Source of the DNA: Chloroflexota bacterium | GTDB taxonomy: Bacteria > Chloroflexota > Dehalococcoidia > UBA2979 | Direction: 5' to 3' | Assembly (NCBI GenBank): GCA_027593235.1 | Contig: JAQCIU010000025.1 | Coordinates: forward strand, 1 to 45,801 | Length of the DNA stretch: 45,801 nucleotides | In this document: positions 41,057 through 45,801 of the stretch, in pieces | Layout: every line of letters begins with the position of its first letter | Numbering within the stretch: position 1 is the first letter of the stretch | Translations under genes and position numbers: made by a program | Notes under the pieces: model-generated | Told to the model about the DNA's origin: nothing | Database searches by the model: none | The model's input: only the letters and a program-made list of their open reading frames with translations

Positions 41057-41203
41057 GGGCGCGCGACATCGAGGCGGAGCGTCCATAGGCGACCCGCTCG
41101 GTCCGGGGATCGTCACGGCGCGTCCCGATGCGCGGTCCTCCCGGAGAACGGGTAGCATCCCGCTCAGCCTCGGACGGTTGTCCGGGCGTGGGAGGAGCGG
41201 TTC

Positions 41204-41956
41204 ATGCGTCTCGAGGGCAAAGTCGCGATTGTGTCCGGCGCGGGGAGTGGCATGGGCGCCTCGATCGCCACGCTCTTCGCGAAAGAGGGTGCAGCCGTTG
41301 TGGTCGCGGACATCTTCGAGGATGGCGCTACCGCGACGGTGAAGGCGATCACCGATGCAGGCGGCCGCGCGAGCTTCGTGCGGACCGACGTCACGTCCGA
41401 GGCCGACTGGGCCGCAGCGGTTGCCGCGGCGGAGGAGAGCTACGGCAAGCTCGACCTCCTCGTAAACAACGCCGGGCTCAGCAGTTCGGCGTTCGAGGAC
41501 CCGCTCGACCTCGATGGCTGGAACGCCATCATGGACGTCAACGCGACGGGGGTGTTCCTCGGAACCCGCGCCGCGATCCCGGCGCTGCGGCGCGCTGGTG
41601 GCGGCGCGATCGTCAACATGTCTTCGATCCTCGGGTTCGTCGGATTCGAGACCGGGCACCCGGCGTACTCCGCTTCCAAGGGCGCCGTGCGCTCGTTCAC
41701 CAAGGCGACGGCTAACCGCTACGGACCGGAGGGCATTCGGGTGAACTCGGTGCACCCGGGCTTCATGCCGCCGATGCGGTCCGGGAACGTCCCGCAGTCC
41801 CTCGATCGTCGCGAGCGCGCCATCCAGGCGACGCCGCTGCGCCGCACCGGGGAGACGATCGAGGTGGCCTACGGGGTGCTGTTCCTCGCGTCGGACGAGG
41901 CGTCGTTCATCACCGGCACGGAGCTGGTGATCGACGGCGGATTCATCTCGAACTAG
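41204..41956 (+). CDS. Classical SDR oxidoreductase (FabG-like)
   Basis: SGAGSGMG, LVNNAG, YSASK, IRVNSVHPG and FITG.ELVIDGG. Confidence 0.93.
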   Translation: MRLEGKVAIVSGAGSGMGASIATLFAKEGAAVVVADIFEDGATATVKAITDAGGRASFVRTDVTSEADWAAAVAAAEESYGKLDLLVNNAGLSSSAFEDPLDLDGWNAIMDVNATGVFLGTRAAIPALRRAGGGAIVNMSSILGFVGFETGHPAYSASKGAVRSFTKATANRYGPEGIRVNSVHPGFMPPMRSGNVPQSLDRRERAIQATPLRRTGETIEVAYGVLFLASDEASFITGTELVIDGGFISN

Positions 41957-42849
41957 TCGCCGCCAGCTCGGCGGGATGCTCGGCGGGCGAGTTTCCGGAG
42001 ACCGCTCCCGAGGAGTTCCGGGTCCCCACGGGTCACGCGTGCATCGACGGCGTGCAGCGGATGCAACTGCTCATACAGCTCCGCCCTAAGGCGGAGTTGT
42101 TCGTCGTCTTGCGCCGGGCTGTCCGCGAGCACGAGGTTCGTGAACGGCCAGCCGTAGTGGGTGGCGAGGTTCGCGAAGTCGATGGCCGGATCGGTGATCT
42201 GCGGACCGCCGAAATCGAGCACCGAGACGAGCCGTCCGCCGTCCTCGATGACGAGGTGCTCGGGGGCGAGGTCGGCGTGCACGAGGGTGTGGCGGACGGG
42301 GCCGTCGCCGATTGCGGTGGCCCACTGCTGCCGCAGGTTCGCGAGGTACGCGCGGGTGCGTGGGCCGAACAAGGCGTCGTGCCGGTGCATCCACTGCTCG
42401 TAGCGGCCCCACTTGTCGCGTGCCTCGATTCCGCAGGCTCGCGCCTGGGACAGCGGCGTCGCATGAAGAGCGTCGAGGAAGGCCGCGAGGTCTTGCGCGA
42501 GCCGACGCCGTCGCCGGCCGCGGTTCATTGACCGCGTCGCCAGTTCGCCGTCGCCGAACCGGTAGAGGCCGGCGAGGACGGTTCCGTTGCTGTCCGTGAG
42601 CAGGCGTGCGCTCTTCGGGACGGGGAGGCCCGCGGCCTCGAGCGTTCGGTAGAGGCAGGTCTGGCGCTCGATCTCGGGTGTGGCGCCCTCAAGCTTCGGG
42701 ACGCGGACTAGCCAGTCGCCGTCAGCGGCTGGGACGCGCCAGGCGGTTACATTCCAACCTTCGCCGACGGACCGTGCTTCCTCGACGCGGGCGCCGTGGA
42801 GTGCTTCAGCAAGGTGCTGCGCGATTCGAGGTGAGAGCCGGGCCTTCAT
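41953..42849 (-). CDS. Aminoglycoside/choline phosphotransferase (APH-like kinase)
   Basis: GEGWN, LVRVPK, FL.ALH, HADLAPEH, LDFG and DPAIDFA. Start ATG 42849. Confidence 0.85.
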   Translation of the reverse strand: MKARLSPRIAQHLAEALHGARVEEARSVGEGWNVTAWRVPAADGDWLVRVPKLEGATPEIERQTCLYRTLEAAGLPVPKSARLLTDSNGTVLAGLYRFGDGELATRSMNRGRRRRRLAQDLAAFLDALHATPLSQARACGIEARDKWGRYEQWMHRHDALFGPRTRAYLANLRQQWATAIGDGPVRHTLVHADLAPEHLVIEDGGRLVSVLDFGGPQITDPAIDFANLATHYGWPFTNLVLADSPAQDDEQLRLRAELYEQLHPLHAVDARVTRGDPELLGSGLRKLARRASRRAGGD

Positions 42850-42853
42850 CTCG

Positions 42854-43282
42854 CTAGGTCGGCCGCACGTCGTTGGTGAAGCCCTGGGCGGAGCCGGCGA
42901 GGAATGATGAGCGGAACTGGAGTCCCCAGCGGCCCTCGATCTTCGTGAAGATCCAGAACGTGTCGAAGCCGTTGTACTCGCTGCCGTCGGCGTGTTGCCT
43001 CGATTGACGCAGGGCAAAATGGACCTTGTCGGGACCGACCTGCACCGGTTCGACCGATAGCGCGGAGGTGTGATCCCAGCCCTCGGCCTGCAGGCGTGCA
43101 GTGAGTTCGGCCTGTGACGCCTCGAAGTCCTCGGCGGTTGCCCACTGCATGAAGCCGTTGGCAGCGGTGAGACGGACGTGGGGGAAGTGCATCTCCGCCG
43201 TCTGGGCGGCGACATCGCGCGCGTTGAACGCGGCGTTCCAGCGGTCCAGCGTTGCTCGTGCTTCAGAGACGGGGTCGGTCAC
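42854..43282 (-). CDS. NTF2/SnoaL-like hypothetical protein
   Basis: LDRWNAAFNARD, HFPHVR, GWDH, DKVH and W..T...GRWG.QFRSSF. GTG 43282 overlaps the upstream gene stop. Confidence 0.75.
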   Translation of the reverse strand: MTDPVSEARATLDRWNAAFNARDVAAQTAEMHFPHVRLTAANGFMQWATAEDFEASQAELTARLQAEGWDHTSALSVEPVQVGPDKVHFALRQSRQHADGSEYNGFDTFWIFTKIEGRWGLQFRSSFLAGSAQGFTNDVRPT

Positions 43283-45534
43283 CCCGCCGCCATCCCCTCG
43301 GTGCGCACGGCACCCGAGGTGATAAGCGCGTCGAGCCGCTCGCCGAGACCGACCTCCGCGAGGATCTCGGCCGCGTCCGAACCGGGCGTCGGCGCGGGGC
43401 GGCCGGGGACGAGCGGGGTCCGGGAGAGGCGGGCCGCCGGGCCAGTGGTGGTGACGGGGCCGCGGTCCATGTGTTCGCGGGTGAGGCTGAGGCCGTGTTG
43501 CTCGACCCAGGGGTCGGTCATCACGTCGCGCACGTCCTGGACCGCGCGGTGCGCGCCGGCTCCCGCGGCGACGAGCGTCGTCACCCACTCGTCGACGGTG
43601 CCGCCGGCGATCGCGGTTTCGAGGGCGTTCGCAAGCGCGTCGCCCTCGAGCGCACCGATGCCCTCGAGGCCTGCGAGCATCTCCAGCCGTTCGATGTCGG
43701 CGGGGCGGGCGCCGAGGAACAGCCAGCCGTCGCCGGCGCGGTAGGCGCGGTGGAGCGGGCCGTCGCCGAGCGCGTCCTGGCCGTGGGCCTCGTCCCAGAC
43801 TTTGCCCTCGTAGCCGATCAAGAAGGGGGACTGGAGGGTGACGGCGGTGTAGGCGAGCGCGCTGTCGATGTGCTGGCCCTCGCCGGTGCGGTTGCGGTGC
43901 AGCAGGGCGAGCGCGACGCCGTAGGCGCCCATAAAGCCGGTGCCGTAGTCGTTGATCGCGTTGACCTGCAGCGTGGGGCGCTCGCTCCCGAAGCGGAGCT
44001 GCATGCCGGTGGTGGCCTGAGCGAGTTGCTCGTGGCCGGGACGGCGCGCCCATGGACCGATGTGGCCGAAGGCGTTCATCGATCCGTAGATGATGCCCGG
44101 CTTCCGCTTCTTCACGGACTCGTAGTCGACGCCCAGTCGTTCGGCCGCGCCGTAGCGGTAGTTCTGGACGATCACGTCCGCCTCGTCGACGAGCTGCCAG
44201 AAGACCTCGAGGCCTTCCTCGCTCTTGAGGTCGAGCAGGATGCTGCGCTTGGCGCGGCTGACGTCGCTGAAGAACATGATTTTGTCGCCGCGTGTCGGCG
44301 AGTCGATCTTGATCACGTCCGCGCCGTACTCGGCGAGGGTGCGGCCGGAGGCCGGGCCGGCGAGGACGATGCAGAGGTCCAGGACCTTCACGCCGTTAAG
44401 CACGGAGCGGAGCTGTTCGTCGGAGGCCGGCGGCGTGGCGGGTGCCTCGGCAGCATCGAGCTCGGCGAGGATCGCGGCGCGGTCGGCATCGAGCAGCGAG
44501 CGCGGGCCGCGGATCGCGCCGGGCGTGGCGGACATGCGGGCGTTGATGCCGGGCTGCGAGGTCTTGCCCAGCAGCGGGTCGACGACGTCGACGATCGCCT
44601 GTGATTCGCGGGCGTGCGGGTGTGACATCCACTCTTCGCTGGTGCGGCAGACGGTGCACTCGCAGCCGGCCTCGGCGACGATGTCTTCCCATTCCTGGGC
44701 GGTCTTCGTGCGGAACAATGCTTCCTCGGCGGCCTCGAGGTCGTCGGCGCGGTCGGGGTCGAACAGGCCTTGCTCGGGCCAGTCGGCGATGCCGGCGAGT
44801 TCCATGAACTGGGGCACGTTCTGGTTGCCGGTGTGGAACATAATCCAGCGACCGTCCGCGCACTCGTACTGGGTTGTGCGCATCGCGCCGCCGCGGGTGG
44901 GGCGGAACCCCTGCGGGTGCTGGCCGCGGTAGCCGATGGCGCCGAACATCGCGTCGAAGAGCGGGACCTGGATGCGCTGACCGACGCCGTCTCGGTCGCG
45001 CGCGATCAGTGCCATTGTGACGGCGACGGCGGTCTGGAATGCCGCGTAGCCGGAGGCGTTAGGGATGGCGGTGTAGACGGGGCGTGCCTCGCCATCGGCA
45101 CCGACAGTGCCGCGCGGGAAGTAGGTGGCGGCGGCGGCGCTCACCACGCCCTCCCAGCCAGGTACGTCGCGCCTCGGATCGTCGTCGGCGAAGCCGGGCA
45201 GCGAGGCGTAGACGAGCCGCGGGTTGCCCTCGGCGGACGCGACGGCACCGAGGCCGAGGCGATCCATGACGCCGGGGCGGAAGTTCTCGATCACGACGTC
45301 GGCGGAGGCGACGAGGCGGTGCGCGACCTCGAGGTCGGCGTCGCTCTTGAGGTCGAGGGCGATGCTGCGCTTACCTCGGTTCCAGGTGGCGTTGGCGGGC
45401 GTGTCGTAGGACGGACCGGTCGGCGGGTCGACCTTGATCACGTCGGCGCCCTGGTCGGCAAACAGCATGCCGGCCATTGGCCCGGCGATGTACTGCCCGA
45501 AGTCGATCACCCGTACGCCGTCGAGCGCGCCCAT
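43279..45534 (-). CDS. Family III CoA-transferase with two fused CaiB domains
   Basis: Two repeats of GV.V.D....AGP..G..LA..GADVIK.D, N/SR.KRSI.LDLK and DV.V.N.R. GGAGG SD. Confidence 0.92.
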   Translation of the reverse strand: MGALDGVRVIDFGQYIAGPMAGMLFADQGADVIKVDPPTGPSYDTPANATWNRGKRSIALDLKSDADLEVAHRLVASADVVIENFRPGVMDRLGLGAVASAEGNPRLVYASLPGFADDDPRRDVPGWEGVVSAAAATYFPRGTVGADGEARPVYTAIPNASGYAAFQTAVAVTMALIARDRDGVGQRIQVPLFDAMFGAIGYRGQHPQGFRPTRGGAMRTTQYECADGRWIMFHTGNQNVPQFMELAGIADWPEQGLFDPDRADDLEAAEEALFRTKTAQEWEDIVAEAGCECTVCRTSEEWMSHPHARESQAIVDVVDPLLGKTSQPGINARMSATPGAIRGPRSLLDADRAAILAELDAAEAPATPPASDEQLRSVLNGVKVLDLCIVLAGPASGRTLAEYGADVIKIDSPTRGDKIMFFSDVSRAKRSILLDLKSEEGLEVFWQLVDEADVIVQNYRYGAAERLGVDYESVKKRKPGIIYGSMNAFGHIGPWARRPGHEQLAQATTGMQLRFGSERPTLQVNAINDYGTGFMGAYGVALALLHRNRTGEGQHIDSALAYTAVTLQSPFLIGYEGKVWDEAHGQDALGDGPLHRAYRAGDGWLFLGARPADIERLEMLAGLEGIGALEGDALANALETAIAGGTVDEWVTTLVAAGAGAHRAVQDVRDVMTDPWVEQHGLSLTREHMDRGPVTTTGPAARLSRTPLVPGRPAPTPGSDAAEILAEVGLGERLDALITSGAVRTEGMAAG

Positions 45535-45801
45535 GTTGCCTCCTCGGAAGTGTGGTTCGGCAGCAGAGTAGCCGGTCGGCGGGCCGCGTGGATCACCGCT
45601 CGCGGAACCGAGGACTCGCGCGGGGCGTTGGTGATCGATGAAGCGCCGCTCGCTGGTTCGCGATGCGATCGACGTACGCTGATCTGCGAGCGACTGGTCC
45701 GACGCTGAAAGGGCAATGCGATGAAGCGACGCGGGCTGCGTCAGATCTGAGAGCTTCGAATGGCTGCGATCGAGAGGGTCGACCGGCCCCCCGCGACGAC
45801 T

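Noticed and set aside
45535-45801. Feature at the right window edge
   Set aside because: No supported ORF, RNA or repeat was recognised in this stretch.

Overview
GC-rich bacterial chromosomal window, almost entirely coding. The gene content (several F420-dependent LLM oxidoreductases, a deazaflavin nitroreductase, family III CoA-transferases, amidohydrolases, SDRs) suggests Chloroflexota of the Dehalococcoidia/SAR202/Tepidiforma kind, or possibly Actinomycetota. That assignment is inference only. Contents in order: (1) 1-3515, an ApbE flavin transferase and MsrQ/ferric-reductase-like membrane protein cluster, followed by an anti-sigma-like membrane protein and an ECF sigma factor. Two neighbouring Pro/Thr-rich proteins end in flavinylation-like tails (TTKAS*, STGAS*). 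(2) A plant-type long-form ilvC and an FAD lactone oxidase. (3) 6806-10559, a compositionally foreign, complete type II CBASS anti-phage operon (NucC, CD-NTase, Cap2 E2/E1, Cap3 JAB), whose cyclase has a short tail after its likely conjugation Gly. (4) About 35 kb of catabolic, regulatory and transport genes, including HD-GYP and GGDEF-EAL proteins, typA and a heterodimeric ABC exporter. Notable small signals: a triple operator with 22-bp period, an internally shortened acyl-CoA dehydrogenase, a TAG-interrupted MmcQ/YjbR gene, two tandem-repeat tracts, two candidate structured RNAs, a probable ATC start for typA, and a candidate leader-peptide attenuator before the ABC exporter. No rRNA, tRNA, CRISPR array, integrase or transposase was seen. 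All calls come from reading motifs by eye; no database search was run.
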